From contig JAKQKE010000019.1 in assembly GCA_029560805.1 (NCBI GenBank), positions 2,684 to 66,683 of the forward strand: a DNA stretch of 64,000 nt, written 5' to 3'. The notes below the pieces were generated by a model, which saw only the letters and a list, made by a program, of their open reading frames with translations, was not told the origin of the DNA and did no database searches. This DNA is from Spirochaetota bacterium. GTDB taxonomy: Bacteria; Spirochaetota; Spirochaetia; Treponematales; UBA12059. This document shows, piece by piece, positions 45,143-53,892 of the stretch (its first letter is position 1; each line of letters starts with the position of its first letter). A program made the position numbers and the translations under genes.

Positions 45143-46237
45143 TCAGGCCGGGTTCTTGGCCTTGAAGTCCTGCATGAACTGCACGGTCGTCTCGACGTCC
45201 TTGAGGCTGACCGCGTTATAGCAGGACAGGCGGATGCCGCCCATCGAGCGATAGCCCTTGGTCTGGACTATCCCGGCGGCCTTGGCGTCGGAGACGAACT
45301 TGGCGTCGAGCTCGGGGGTCGGGAGCTTGAAGTCCACGTTCATCCAGGAGCGCGAGTCGGCGTTGGCGGTGCCCTTGAAGTAGCCCGCGGAGCCGTCGAT
45401 CGCGGAGTACAGGAGCCGCTGCTTCTGATCGTTGATCTTCCCCATAGCCTCGAGGCCGCCGTTCTTCTTGAGCCAGCGCAGCACGAGGTTCAGGATGTAG
45501 ATCGAGAAGCAGGGCGGGGTGTTGTGCATGGAGAACTTCTCCTTGAACACCTTGTAGGACAGCATGGTCGGCAGGTCGTCGTGGGCCTTCTGGAGGAAGT
45601 CGTCCTTGACCGCGACCACGGTGACTCCGGACGGGCCGAGGTTCTTCTGGGCGCCGGCGTAGATCATGCTGAATTTCTTGAAGTCGACCGGGCGGCTGAA
45701 GATGTCGCTCGACATGTCGCAGACGAGAGGCTTGCCCTTGACGTCGGGGACGTAGTGCCACTCGGTACCCTCGACGGTGTTGTTCGAGGTGTAGTGGACG
45801 TACTCGGCGGCCGGGTTGAGCTTGAGCTCGCCCTGCTTGGGGATGGCGACGAACATGCCGTCGCCGAGGTGCATGTCGGCGGGGTGGGTGATCTTGCCGT
45901 AGCGTTTGGCTTCCTTGACGGCGGCCTGGGACCAGTTGCCGGTGACGATATAGTCGGCTTCCTTGCCGGCGCCGAGGTAGTTCATCGGCAGCATCAGGAA
46001 CTGGGTGGACGCGCCGCCGGTCGTGAACAGCACGTTATAGTCGGGGCCGAGGCCGGCCAGCTCGCGGAACAGGTCCATCGTGCCCATGTGCAGGGCGTCG
46101 TAGTCCTTGCCGCGGTGCGAGACCTCCATGACGGAACAGCCGGTGCCGTTCCAGTCGAGCATCTCGTCGCGGGCCTGCTCGAGAACCTCTACGGGGATGC
46201 CGGCGGGGCCGGCCGAATAGTTGATTACGCGTTTCAT
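45143..46237 (-). CDS. serC: 3-phosphoserine aminotransferase
   Basis: 364 aa; INYSAGPAGIPVEVLEQARDEMLDWNGTGCSVMEVSHRGKDY is the SerC N-terminal signature. SD AAGGAGG. Confidence 0.9.
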   Translation of the reverse strand: MKRVINYSAGPAGIPVEVLEQARDEMLDWNGTGCSVMEVSHRGKDYDALHMGTMDLFRELAGLGPDYNVLFTTGGASTQFLMLPMNYLGAGKEADYIVTGNWSQAAVKEAKRYGKITHPADMHLGDGMFVAIPKQGELKLNPAAEYVHYTSNNTVEGTEWHYVPDVKGKPLVCDMSSDIFSRPVDFKKFSMIYAGAQKNLGPSGVTVVAVKDDFLQKAHDDLPTMLSYKVFKEKFSMHNTPPCFSIYILNLVLRWLKKNGGLEAMGKINDQKQRLLYSAIDGSAGYFKGTANADSRSWMNVDFKLPTPELDAKFVSDAKAAGIVQTKGYRSMGGIRLSCYNAVSLKDVETTVQFMQDFKAKNPA

Positions 46238-46249
46238 GGTATAGCCTCC

Positions 46250-47122
46250 TTATTTCTTGCAGTACTTCCGTACGCGCTCGACGATGCAGTCGCCGAGCCG
46301 GTCCAGGTTCTCGGCCGTCGAGGCGCCGAGGTGCGGGGTCATGACGACGTGGGGCGCCTTGGCGAGCGGCGTGTTCTCCGGCGGGTCGGAATAGTACACG
46401 TCGGTGCCGTAGCCGGCCAGCTGGCCGCTCTCGAGCGCGGCGACGATGTCCTCCTCGACGACGACCTTGCCGCGGCAGGTGTTGACGAGGTAGGCGCCCT
46501 TCTTCATCGAGGCGAGGGCCTTGGCGTTGATCATGCCCTTGGTCTCGTCGGTCAGCGGGGTGTGGAGGCTGATGTAGTCGGACTGGGCCAGCACCTGCTC
46601 CAGGCTCATCATCTCCGCGGCGTCCGACTTCTCGACGAACTTATCGTAGGCGATGACGCGCATGCCGAAGGCCTTGGCGCGGACGGCGACTTCGCGCGCG
46701 ATGCGGCCGATGCCGACGAGGCCAAGGGTCTTACCGGCCAGCTCGGTACGCTCGAGCTCCTTCTTGAGCCACTTGCCCTGCTTCATCGACGCGTCGGCCT
46801 CGGCGATATGGTTCGGCAGCGATATCATCAGCGCGAAGGCCAACTCGGCGACCGCGAGGCTCGAGGCCTCGGGGGTATTATCGACCGCGACGTTCTTGGA
46901 CTTGGCGTACTCGACGTCTATCGTGTCGACGCCGACGCCGCCACGGATGATGAACTTGAGCTTCGGAGCCTTGTCCATCATCGCCTTGTCGACCTTGGTC
47001 TTCGAGCGGACGATGATGATCTCGGCGTCGGCGACGCGGCCCTGGTCCTGGGTCACCTCTCCGTACGCCTCGAGGCGCTTCGGCAGGTCGGCCTTGAAGG
47101 CGTCGGCGAGCAGTATAAGCAT
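46250..47122 (-). CDS. serA: D-3-phosphoglycerate dehydrogenase-like 2-hydroxyacid dehydrogenase (short form, no ACT domain)
   Basis: I set the start at ATG 47122 (SD AAGGAGG). NAD motif GLVGIGRIAREVA and ...CRG...TPHLGAST catalytic region. Adjacent to serC. Confidence 0.75.
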   Translation of the reverse strand: MLILLADAFKADLPKRLEAYGEVTQDQGRVADAEIIIVRSKTKVDKAMMDKAPKLKFIIRGGVGVDTIDVEYAKSKNVAVDNTPEASSLAVAELAFALMISLPNHIAEADASMKQGKWLKKELERTELAGKTLGLVGIGRIAREVAVRAKAFGMRVIAYDKFVEKSDAAEMMSLEQVLAQSDYISLHTPLTDETKGMINAKALASMKKGAYLVNTCRGKVVVEEDIVAALESGQLAGYGTDVYYSDPPENTPLAKAPHVVMTPHLGASTAENLDRLGDCIVERVRKYCKK

Positions 47123-47362
47123 GGGATCCTCCTTTGTTGTATCGTCGCTCGATCGTAGCGCGTCTCTGGCGATGGACAGTCCGCCCCGGGAGGCCGGTGA
47201 TGGCCCGGGGCGAGACGAACCCATCATGGATTCGTGCTATGAGTGGGACGATGCAGTCATCTTATCATGGAAGGAAGCCTTGTCAAGCCGGGCGGCCGGC
47301 GACCGATGGTAGGCCGACGCCGGCCGCCGCTATTGGCCGCCGCCGGCGGCTCCTGGCCGCCG

Positions 47363-47857
47363 CTATTCCAGGCTCGCTCCCAGCGCCTCGGCGATGGCGC
47401 GGGCGTTCAACTCGAGCTCCGGCCTGCGCTTGACCGGCACCGAGTCGATCATATAGCTCTCGCCGTCCTTCAGGTCGACGAGCAGCCGCGCCTGGGAGCC
47501 GCGCGGTAGCTTGTCGTCCGGCGGCAGGTCGCGCTGGTCGAGCCTGCCTTTGGCGAAGGTATCCAGCCTGAGGCGGGCTACCTCGTCGGCCTTGAACGAA
47601 GGGCCGCGGGCGGCGAAGACGAAGCCCACCCTGCCGGAGCACTCGCCGCTCGCGGCGTCGAAGCTCCAGCGCTCCTGATAGAGCGCTGCCACCGCGGCGA
47701 CGGCCACGACGACGAGCGCGCCGAGGCTCGGGGCGCCGGAGATGGACGATGAGATGGCTAGCGTCAGCGCGATGGCGGATGCGGTTAGACGGTACCAAAG
47801 GGGGATGCCGTAGATCAGCGCGGTTCCGGATCGGCGCATGGAGAGATGGAGTTGCAT
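47363..47857 (-). CDS. Hypothetical membrane protein
   Basis: Two predicted TM segments, then a soluble domain. The ORF-track start (47893) is a TTG; the first ATG (47857) is used here, and the start remains uncertain. Confidence 0.3.
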   Translation of the reverse strand: MQLHLSMRRSGTALIYGIPLWYRLTASAIALTLAISSSISGAPSLGALVVVAVAAVAALYQERWSFDAASGECSGRVGFVFAARGPSFKADEVARLRLDTFAKGRLDQRDLPPDDKLPRGSQARLLVDLKDGESYMIDSVPVKRRPELELNARAIAEALGASLE

Positions 47858-47944
47858 GAGTCGACTATAGCCGTAGCTCCGGTTCCCGGGCAAGGGCCGG
47901 CGCTGGCGGTTGCGCTCGCCGAAGCGGCCGTATAGACTCGCGCC

Positions 47945-48964
47945 ATGAAGGCCTTACCGACTCTGTTGTGCATCCTCGCGGCCACTACGGCGACCGCGGC
48001 GCTCCCCGCCCAGCCCCTGCCTATCCTGGAGCCGCCCGGGGGCATGAGGCGTGGCGAGCCTGGCATCGCCGCCTTGACGCTCCCGGCTATCGACGGCCCA
48101 GCGAGCGCTTATACGCTATCGGTGCGCTACGCCGATGGCGCTGACGGCCCGACCTATCGCGGTTTCGCGGCGCCGCGGGGCGGACCGGGCAAGGCCGGCC
48201 TCGGCCGGGAGATCCCGTTCGCGGGGCCGTCGGCGGCGTCGGTACGGAGCTTCGTCGTCCTGTTCATGCTGTCGGCGCCTCTCGACGCGCCGCTCGGCGA
48301 AGCCTCGATGGTGGCGCGTGGGCCGGACGGCGAGGCCCTAGCCGGCGCCCGCTTCTCCGTCGGCGCCCGCGAGTTCGGCCGACAGGACCTGTGGCTCGAC
48401 GAGGCGTTGACGAGCATCAGGGTCGATCCCGACCCCGCGAAGACCGAGCAGGCCATCCGCTACCAGGCCCTGCTCTCGTCGGTCGACCCCGAGGCGGCCT
48501 TCCTGGACTCCGGGTTCTCGATGCCCGTGGCCACTGAACGACGTACCACTTTGTTCGGCATGAGACGGCGCTATGTCTACGCGGACGGCGGCGTCGAGGC
48601 GTCGACGCATAACGGCATCGATTACGGCCTGCCGACGGGAAGCCCCATCGTCGCCCCGGGACGGGGCAGGGTCGTCATGGTCGAGGACCGTATCGTGACC
48701 GGCAAGACCGTCATCTTGGAGCACCTGCCCGGAACCTACAGTATATATATGCATCTGGACGGCTTCGATCCGAGCCTGGCGCTCGGGGCGGTGGTCCCGC
48801 GAGGCTCGCCGCTCGGTACGGTCGGCATGACCGGACTGGCCACGGGGCCGCATCTGCACTGGGAACTACGCGTCATGGGCCAGGCCTGCGACCCGGAGGC
48901 CCTCGTCGGCCTTGACAAAGTGCCGTGGATCCGTACAATGATGCCCGCTATCGAGGGGAGGTGA
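47945..48964 (+). CDS. M23-family metallopeptidase (secreted)
   Basis: Signal peptide MKALPTLLCILAATTATAALPA. HNGIDYGLPTGSPIVAPGRGRVV and GLATGPHLHWEL (HxxxD / HxH motifs). Confidence 0.85.
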   Translation: MKALPTLLCILAATTATAALPAQPLPILEPPGGMRRGEPGIAALTLPAIDGPASAYTLSVRYADGADGPTYRGFAAPRGGPGKAGLGREIPFAGPSAASVRSFVVLFMLSAPLDAPLGEASMVARGPDGEALAGARFSVGAREFGRQDLWLDEALTSIRVDPDPAKTEQAIRYQALLSSVDPEAAFLDSGFSMPVATERRTTLFGMRRRYVYADGGVEASTHNGIDYGLPTGSPIVAPGRGRVVMVEDRIVTGKTVILEHLPGTYSIYMHLDGFDPSLALGAVVPRGSPLGTVGMTGLATGPHLHWELRVMGQACDPEALVGLDKVPWIRTMMPAIEGR

Positions 48965-48970
48965 TTTTCT

Positions 48971-49180
48971 ATCAGCCAGATACTAGTCGACGATAACGAG
49001 CCGCTCGAGAAGGCCATCAAGCGCTTCAAGCGCATGGTCGAGAAAGAGGGCATCATCCGCGAGTGGAAGAAGCGCGAGTTCTTCGAGAAGCCTTCTACCA
49101 TCCGGAACCGCAAGGAGAAGGCCATGAGGCGCAAGCTCCTTCGTAAGTCCCGCAAGCCCCGCGATGGCAAGTCCTACTAG
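48971..49180 (+). CDS. rpsU: 30S ribosomal protein S21, apparently initiated at a non-canonical ATC codon
   Basis: The frame reads (I)[54 protein letters not shown], a clear S21. It is open only from 48965. There is no ATG/GTG/TTG before the conserved KRFKR motif. SD GGAGGTGA (48957-64) lies 6 nt before the ATC. Confidence 0.8.
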   Translation: MSQILVDDNEPLEKAIKRFKRMVEKEGIIREWKKREFFEKPSTIRNRKEKAMRRKLLRKSRKPRDGKSY

Positions 49181-49201
49181 GGACTGATTCGGTACACGAC
49201 G

Positions 49202-49227
49202 GACCCCGGCTATGCCGGGGTCTTTTG
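49202..49227 (+). terminator. Rho-independent terminator after rpsU
   Basis: GACCCCGGC tat GCCGGGGTC followed by TTTTGT. Confidence 0.8.
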
Positions 49228-49251
49228 TATGTTGGGATCGAACCCAGCCGC

Positions 49252-50952
49252 CTAGCCGAACCTGGCCAGAGCCGCTGCGAGTACGGCGAGCCCGCCGAGG
49301 AACGCCATGACCAGGCCGGCGAAGCTACGCGGCCGGCCTCGGATGGCCGCCGCCAGACGCTTGCCGGGTTTGGACATGGCCAGGCCGAATACTGCCGCTC
49401 CGAGCGCCAGGGTCTGGAGCGCCTTGAGCAGGTTCGCCGCCGTGAACGCGCCGCCCGCCGGCGGTGGCGCGCCGAGCAGGCGGCTTACGGCGGCAGTCGT
49501 CGCGTCCGCGAATAAACCCGTCGCGACGCACAATGAGGCGAGGATCAGCATGGACGCCTTCATCGTCCCTCCGATCCTGAGGCCCGGTACGGAGCCGGCA
49601 ACGCCGGCGGCATCGGCCGGGGCGCCTCGCCTAGCCGGCAAGAAGATCATCGAGAGCTTCAGGAACGACGCCACGGTGCAGGCTCCCGCGGCGAACAGCG
49701 CCCAGTATCGCCAACCGCCCTTGAACAGGTAGCCGATGGCGTTCTTGCTGGCGAAACCGTTGAGCGGCGGCAGGGCCATGATGGACAGGGCCCCGACGGC
49801 GTAGGCCACGCCGACGAGGCGGAACCGGTCCCCGGACTTGCCGAGCGTCCCGGCGGCGCCACGCAGCTCGTAGACGTTCCGGGTACCGGCCGCGTCCGTA
49901 ATGGTGCCGACGCTCAGGAAGAGGAGGCCCTTGAAGAGCGCGTGGTAGAAGGCGTGCAGGAAGGCGGCCGCCATGGCCGCCGGGGCTCCGAGGCCCCAGG
50001 CCGCCACCACGTACCCGATCTGGCTGATGGAGTGGTACGCCAGTAGGCGCTTGGCATCCTTCTGCGATAGGGCGACGACGACAGCCGCCAGCGCCGTTAC
50101 GACGCCCGCCGAGCCTATCAGCGCCATCGCTTCCTGCCCCGACGGCAGGTAGCCCAGCAACCGGCCGAGGGCGAACAGCGGCGTCTTGATGAGTACGCCG
50201 GACAGGATGGCCGATACCGCATGCGGGGCCAGGGCGTGGGCGTCGGGCAACCAGCCGTAGACCGGCATGACGGCGACGCGTATCGCGATCGCGGCGGCCA
50301 GGCAGGCGGTCGACATCGTCGCGATGGCGCCTCCGCCGTCTGGCAGGGCTACGAGAGCCGCTTGGATTCCCTCGTACGATAAGGTACCCGTCACCCTATA
50401 GAAACCGAACAGCCCGAATAAGAAGAAGACCATGGCGGCCGAACTGACGGCCAGGTAGCTGAACGCCGCCAGGAAGGCGCCGGGCTTCTCGGAGCTGGCG
50501 ACCAGCACGTACGACGCCAGCCCGAGTATCTCCAGGCAGACGAACAGATTGAAGAGGTCGGCCGTCGCGGCGGTCATCGCGAGCGCCGAGGCCTGGATGA
50601 GGTAGACGGTCGTGAAGAGCGGCCCCTTGGGACCGTTGCCGCGCGAGTACAGGTAGGCGGCACCCGCGCCCGTCAACCCCAGGACGTCGACGAGCCAGGT
50701 AAGGCCGTCGAAGCGCTGGGCTATGCCGATGGCGCCGGACCAGCCCGATACGGTAAACGATACGCCGCCGGCCAGCACCCTGGGTAGCATCGCGGCGAGC
50801 GCCGCCCAGGGGAGCGCTAGCCCGATGAAGGCGCCGGAGTCTTCGAGCGCCCGCGCCTTCGCGCCGCCGTGTAGCGCCTTGGCGAGCAAGGACAGGGCGG
50901 CTCCGGCGAGCGGTAGGAATACCGGGAGCATCGCGAGTTCGGAGTCACTCAT
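49252..50952 (-). CDS. mrpD: Mrp/Mbh-type antiporter-like subunit (MrpD/MbhH, NuoM/N family)
   Basis: 566 aa, polytopic. Proton-antiporter-like sequence (e.g. SQIGYVV, FHALFKGLLFL). It is the last gene of the operon. Confidence 0.8.
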   Translation of the reverse strand: MSDSELAMLPVFLPLAGAALSLLAKALHGGAKARALEDSGAFIGLALPWAALAAMLPRVLAGGVSFTVSGWSGAIGIAQRFDGLTWLVDVLGLTGAGAAYLYSRGNGPKGPLFTTVYLIQASALAMTAATADLFNLFVCLEILGLASYVLVASSEKPGAFLAAFSYLAVSSAAMVFFLFGLFGFYRVTGTLSYEGIQAALVALPDGGGAIATMSTACLAAAIAIRVAVMPVYGWLPDAHALAPHAVSAILSGVLIKTPLFALGRLLGYLPSGQEAMALIGSAGVVTALAAVVVALSQKDAKRLLAYHSISQIGYVVAAWGLGAPAAMAAAFLHAFYHALFKGLLFLSVGTITDAAGTRNVYELRGAAGTLGKSGDRFRLVGVAYAVGALSIMALPPLNGFASKNAIGYLFKGGWRYWALFAAGACTVASFLKLSMIFLPARRGAPADAAGVAGSVPGLRIGGTMKASMLILASLCVATGLFADATTAAVSRLLGAPPPAGGAFTAANLLKALQTLALGAAVFGLAMSKPGKRLAAAIRGRPRSFAGLVMAFLGGLAVLAAALARFG

Positions 50953-51283
50953 GACCGATGCGCCTCTTGATCTCGTCGATATCCAGCGTGCCGAAATGGC
51001 GGTACAGCCTATACGCCAGCGTCAACGCCAGGGCCGATACGCATACGCCGACGACGATGGCCGTCAGCATGAGCGCCTGGGGTATGGGATCGACGAACAG
51101 CTTTCCCGCCCCGCCGAGTAGCGGCGCGTCGGACCCGATCGCGGCGCCTTCCAATACGAACAGGATGACGATGGCCGAGTTCATTATTGCCAGGGCATAG
51201 GCCTTCTTAATAAGGTTCCGCTTGGTGACGAGCCCGGCCAGCCCGGTCCCGAACAGCGCGAGGACCAATAAACGACGTATCAT
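50945..51283 (-). CDS. mrpC: Mrp subunit C / NuoK-like (MbhG-like)
   Basis: The start ATG at 51283 overlaps the upstream stop (ATGA). MIRRLLVLALFGTGLAGLVTKRNLIKK is typical of MnhC/NuoK. Confidence 0.75.
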   Translation of the reverse strand: MIRRLLVLALFGTGLAGLVTKRNLIKKAYALAIMNSAIVILFVLEGAAIGSDAPLLGGAGKLFVDPIPQALMLTAIVVGVCVSALALTLAYRLYRHFGTLDIDEIKRRIGHE

Positions 51284-52044
51284 TCCTGGTCGCCCCCGAG
51301 CATCATCACGCACAGCAGCGCGACGCCGGAACCAACCTTAAGGCCTATGCCGATGTTCAGGGCGATGATCGGGCCCACGGCGGCGACGCCTTTAGCGGCG
51401 ACGCCCGCGGATGCGCCGGTAGCCTCGATCAGGCCTGCAAGGGCCGCGCCGGAGCCGGGGAACGACAGCGCCAGGACGGTCGCGAAGGCTATCGCCTCGA
51501 TGACGGACAGCGTGCGCGGTCCGAACGCCGTGATGCTCGGGCTGATCCTGCCTATCCCGCCGGCTCGCCTTCCAATGGCAATGAAGATGACTCCGGACGC
51601 CAGTACGACGCCGCCTTGGAACCCGCCACCCGGCGAGGTGTGGCCGTAGAGCATCACGTAGGTGCCGAAGAGGAGCACTATGGGCGCGAGCTTGCCGGCG
51701 ATGACGTTGATGATGTCGGTGTGGCCGGGGCCGCGAGAGTCGGCCGGCCCCCCGTCCCGGTCCAGGTCGGGACGGCCTGGAGTCGAGGCGACCAGGGCCA
51801 CGGAGCCGGCCAGGGCGACCAGGAGCACTATCGTCTCCCCGAGCGTGTCGAAGGCGCGATACCCGAGGTAGATGGCGCTGACCAGGTTCGTAGCGCCTGT
51901 GGCGGCGTAGCCGTCGGCGGCGATGGTATCCCGAGCCGCGGTCGGCCAATCGACGTCGGACATGACGACCGGCGCCAGAACCGCCAGCGCCAAGGACGCC
52001 GCGGCCAGACCGGTCGCGGCCGAGAGCAGCTTGCCGCGCCTCAC
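51280..52044 (-). CDS. mrpB: MnhB-domain protein with an MbhE-like N-terminal half (MrpB/MbhE-F fusion)
   Basis: NLVSAIYLGYRAFDTLGE (MbhE-like) and GHTSPGGGFQGGVV (MnhB signature). The GTG at 52044 overlaps the upstream stop (GTGA); the ATG at 52080 is an alternative. Confidence 0.7.
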   Translation of the reverse strand: MRRGKLLSAATGLAAASLALAVLAPVVMSDVDWPTAARDTIAADGYAATGATNLVSAIYLGYRAFDTLGETIVLLVALAGSVALVASTPGRPDLDRDGGPADSRGPGHTDIINVIAGKLAPIVLLFGTYVMLYGHTSPGGGFQGGVVLASGVIFIAIGRRAGGIGRISPSITAFGPRTLSVIEAIAFATVLALSFPGSGAALAGLIEATGASAGVAAKGVAAVGPIIALNIGIGLKVGSGVALLCVMMLGGDQE

Positions 52045-52274
52045 GAGCGGTCCGTCCGTTCCGTATTGCGTATCGCCCATACGAAGATGATGGTCGACAG
52101 GCCGGCGCCCACCGCCGCCTCGGTTATGGCGACGTCCGGGGCCGAGGCCAGGAAGAATATCGACGCCGATAGGACGCTGGTCACCGACAGCGCGATGACC
52201 CCATGGAGCAGGTCTCTGGCGAGGATGGCGTAGATCGAGGCCGCCACCACGATGGCGAGTATGGCCTCAATCAT
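52041..52274 (-). CDS. DUF4040/MbhD-like small membrane subunit (equivalent to the MrpA C-terminal segment)
   Basis: 77 aa; ILARDLLHGVIALSVTSVLSASIFFLASAPDVAITEAAVGAGLST resembles MbhD/DUF4040. Confidence 0.6.
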   Translation of the reverse strand: MIEAILAIVVAASIYAILARDLLHGVIALSVTSVLSASIFFLASAPDVAITEAAVGAGLSTIIFVWAIRNTERTDRS

Positions 52275-52638
52275 CGTCGTCTCCCGCCACCTTCGCCCCC
52301 GGCTTCCTGGCCCGAGGCGCCGTCCGCGGCGCTATGCCCGAGTTCCATGCGTACTTGGCGATGATATGAGTCGTGGTAGGGTTCGATATAAGGAAGAACG
52401 CGATGATGACGACCATGCGCGCGGCTATCGCCACGGACGGCGCCGTAACGAGCGCCGCCAGTAATACAGAAAACGTGGCGGTCGTGCCGACGAGCGACGA
52501 AGCCTGGAGCCTCGTATAGGGATCCTTCTGGAGTAGCATGCCGAGGGTCCCGGCGATCGCGAAGACCGAGGCCACCGCGCACAACGCCATGCCCGCTAGG
52601 TCCCTGGCCAGGTTGACCGCGTCGAGGGCTTGGCTCAT
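52267..52638 (-). CDS. mrpG: Mrp subunit G (MnhG/PhaG family)
   Basis: 123 aa; GTLGMLLQKDPYTRLQASSLVGTTA matches the MnhG GxxRxPDxxxRxH-like region. ATGA overlap with mrpF. Confidence 0.75.
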   Translation of the reverse strand: MSQALDAVNLARDLAGMALCAVASVFAIAGTLGMLLQKDPYTRLQASSLVGTTATFSVLLAALVTAPSVAIAARMVVIIAFFLISNPTTTHIIAKYAWNSGIAPRTAPRARKPGAKVAGDDDD

Positions 52639-52922
52639 CGTGGCGCCTCCGGCGGCGACCCGGAACGGCTCGCCCTGGTATAGGTGGCGATGGCCAGGAT
52701 GCCGAGGAAGCCGAAGATGTCGTAGACGAGGGCCACGTCGAGGAAGGCCGCCCTGGCGCCCATGGCTCCGCTGATGGCGAGGATGGCCAGCACGATGGCC
52801 GAGACGGCCGCGAGCGTGGTCAGGCGGTCGACCGTCGTCGGGCCAATCGCCAGGCGCAGCGTCATGGCCATGGCGCAGGCGGCGAAGATCCGGATGGTCC
52901 AGTCGAAGGCGACGGCCATCAT
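52635..52922 (-). CDS. mrpF: Mrp subunit F (MnhF/PhaF family)
   Basis: LRLAIGPTTVDRLTTL...DVALVYDIFGFLGILAIA is typical of MnhF. The ATG at 52922 overlaps the mrpE stop (ATGA). Confidence 0.75.
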   Translation of the reverse strand: MMAVAFDWTIRIFAACAMAMTLRLAIGPTTVDRLTTLAAVSAIVLAILAISGAMGARAAFLDVALVYDIFGFLGILAIATYTRASRSGSPPEAPR

Positions 52923-53431
52923 ACCCACATGCCCCCGATTATCGATTCCAGTCGGCCCTTCACGGTCTCGCCCGCGCGCCTCGAGTGCCTGGTCGTGGAG
53001 TTGAGCCAGTGCACGATCAGGTGGTCCTCGTCCAGGTCGATGACGATGGTGCCCGGCGTGAAGGTGATGGCCTCGGCCAGTACGACGCGCGCGAGGTCCG
53101 ATTTCAGCCGGGTCCTGAAGTGCACGACCCTCGGGGCGGCCGAGCCGGTCATGAGCGTCCGTAGCGTGGCGAAGCTGGACGAGTACATCGCGGCGACCAG
53201 CCTGGCCGGATACGCGAGCGCCGGAAGGAGCCTCGGGAAAACCATGTTCTTGCCGGCCTCATGCTCGTCGATGAAGGTGTCGTACGAGGCCAGTGCGATC
53301 AGGGCCGCGCACGAGGCGCCCGCCAGGATGGATAGCCAGCCGTTGTCGGCCGAGAAGAGGAGCCATACGCCGCACAGGAAGCCGAAGGTCGCGGCGACGC
53401 GAACGAGCGTCCAGAGCTTGCGGGGCGTCAT
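52919..53431 (-). CDS. mrpE: Mrp subunit E (MnhE family)
   Basis: 170 aa; AEAITFTPGTIVIDLDEDHLIVHWL is the MnhE signature. Confidence 0.75.
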   Translation of the reverse strand: MTPRKLWTLVRVAATFGFLCGVWLLFSADNGWLSILAGASCAALIALASYDTFIDEHEAGKNMVFPRLLPALAYPARLVAAMYSSSFATLRTLMTGSAAPRVVHFRTRLKSDLARVVLAEAITFTPGTIVIDLDEDHLIVHWLNSTTRHSRRAGETVKGRLESIIGGMWV

Positions 53432-53436
53432 GGGGC

Positions 53437-53892
53437 TCAGCCCTTTCCCATGATCAGCTCGCCCAGGGCCCGGCCGTCGGCGGCTTCCCTGGCTGCCACC
53501 CTGAACGCCGGGTCGTGCAGGACGCGAATGAGCTTCGAGAGGATGCGCAGATGCTCGCCCGCGCCGTCCCTGGGCCCGACTATGGCGAATACGAGGTCGA
53601 CGGGCCGGCCATCGGAGGCGCCGAAGTCCACCGGCGAGCCGAGCCTCAGGACGGCCATGGACAGGCTCCCGGCCTCGTCTATCAGGGCGTGCGGTATGGC
53701 CACCCCGTTACCGACGCCAGTGGATGAAAGCGTCTCCCGCGCGCCCATGGCCATCTCGACGGCGGCGGCTCCGGCCGCGTCGCCCGATGGGCTGAGCAGC
53801 TCGCTCGCCGCCCGTAGGGCGCCGGCCTTGTCCCGGGCCTCGACGCCGACCCTGATCCGGCCCGGCTCGAGCACGTCCGCGAAACGCATCAT
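53437..53892 (-). CDS. PTS EIIA-2 (EIIA-Ntr/PtsN-like) domain protein
   Basis: STGVGNGVAIPHA (phosphorylatable His) and VDLVFAIVGP. The ATG at 53892 overlaps the stop of the upstream P-II-like gene (ATGA). Confidence 0.7.
   Translation of the reverse strand: MMRFADVLEPGRIRVGVEARDKAGALRAASELLSPSGDAAGAAAVEMAMGARETLSSTGVGNGVAIPHALIDEAGSLSMAVLRLGSPVDFGASDGRPVDLVFAIVGPRDGAGEHLRILSKLIRVLHDPAFRVAAREAADGRALGELIMGKG

Noticed and set aside
48736-49170. 144-aa minus-strand ORF opposite rpsU.
   Set aside because: The plus strand encodes an unmistakable S21 sequence here, and the minus-frame product has no features.
49228-49251. tRNA T-arm-like GGGTTCGATCCCA (minus strand) just after the mrpD stop. This raised the possibility of a tRNA gene or an att-site remnant.
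   Set aside because: No acceptor, D or anticodon arms can be built. The would-be 5' part lies inside the mrpD coding sequence and the 3' acceptor would be AT-rich. No integrase is nearby.
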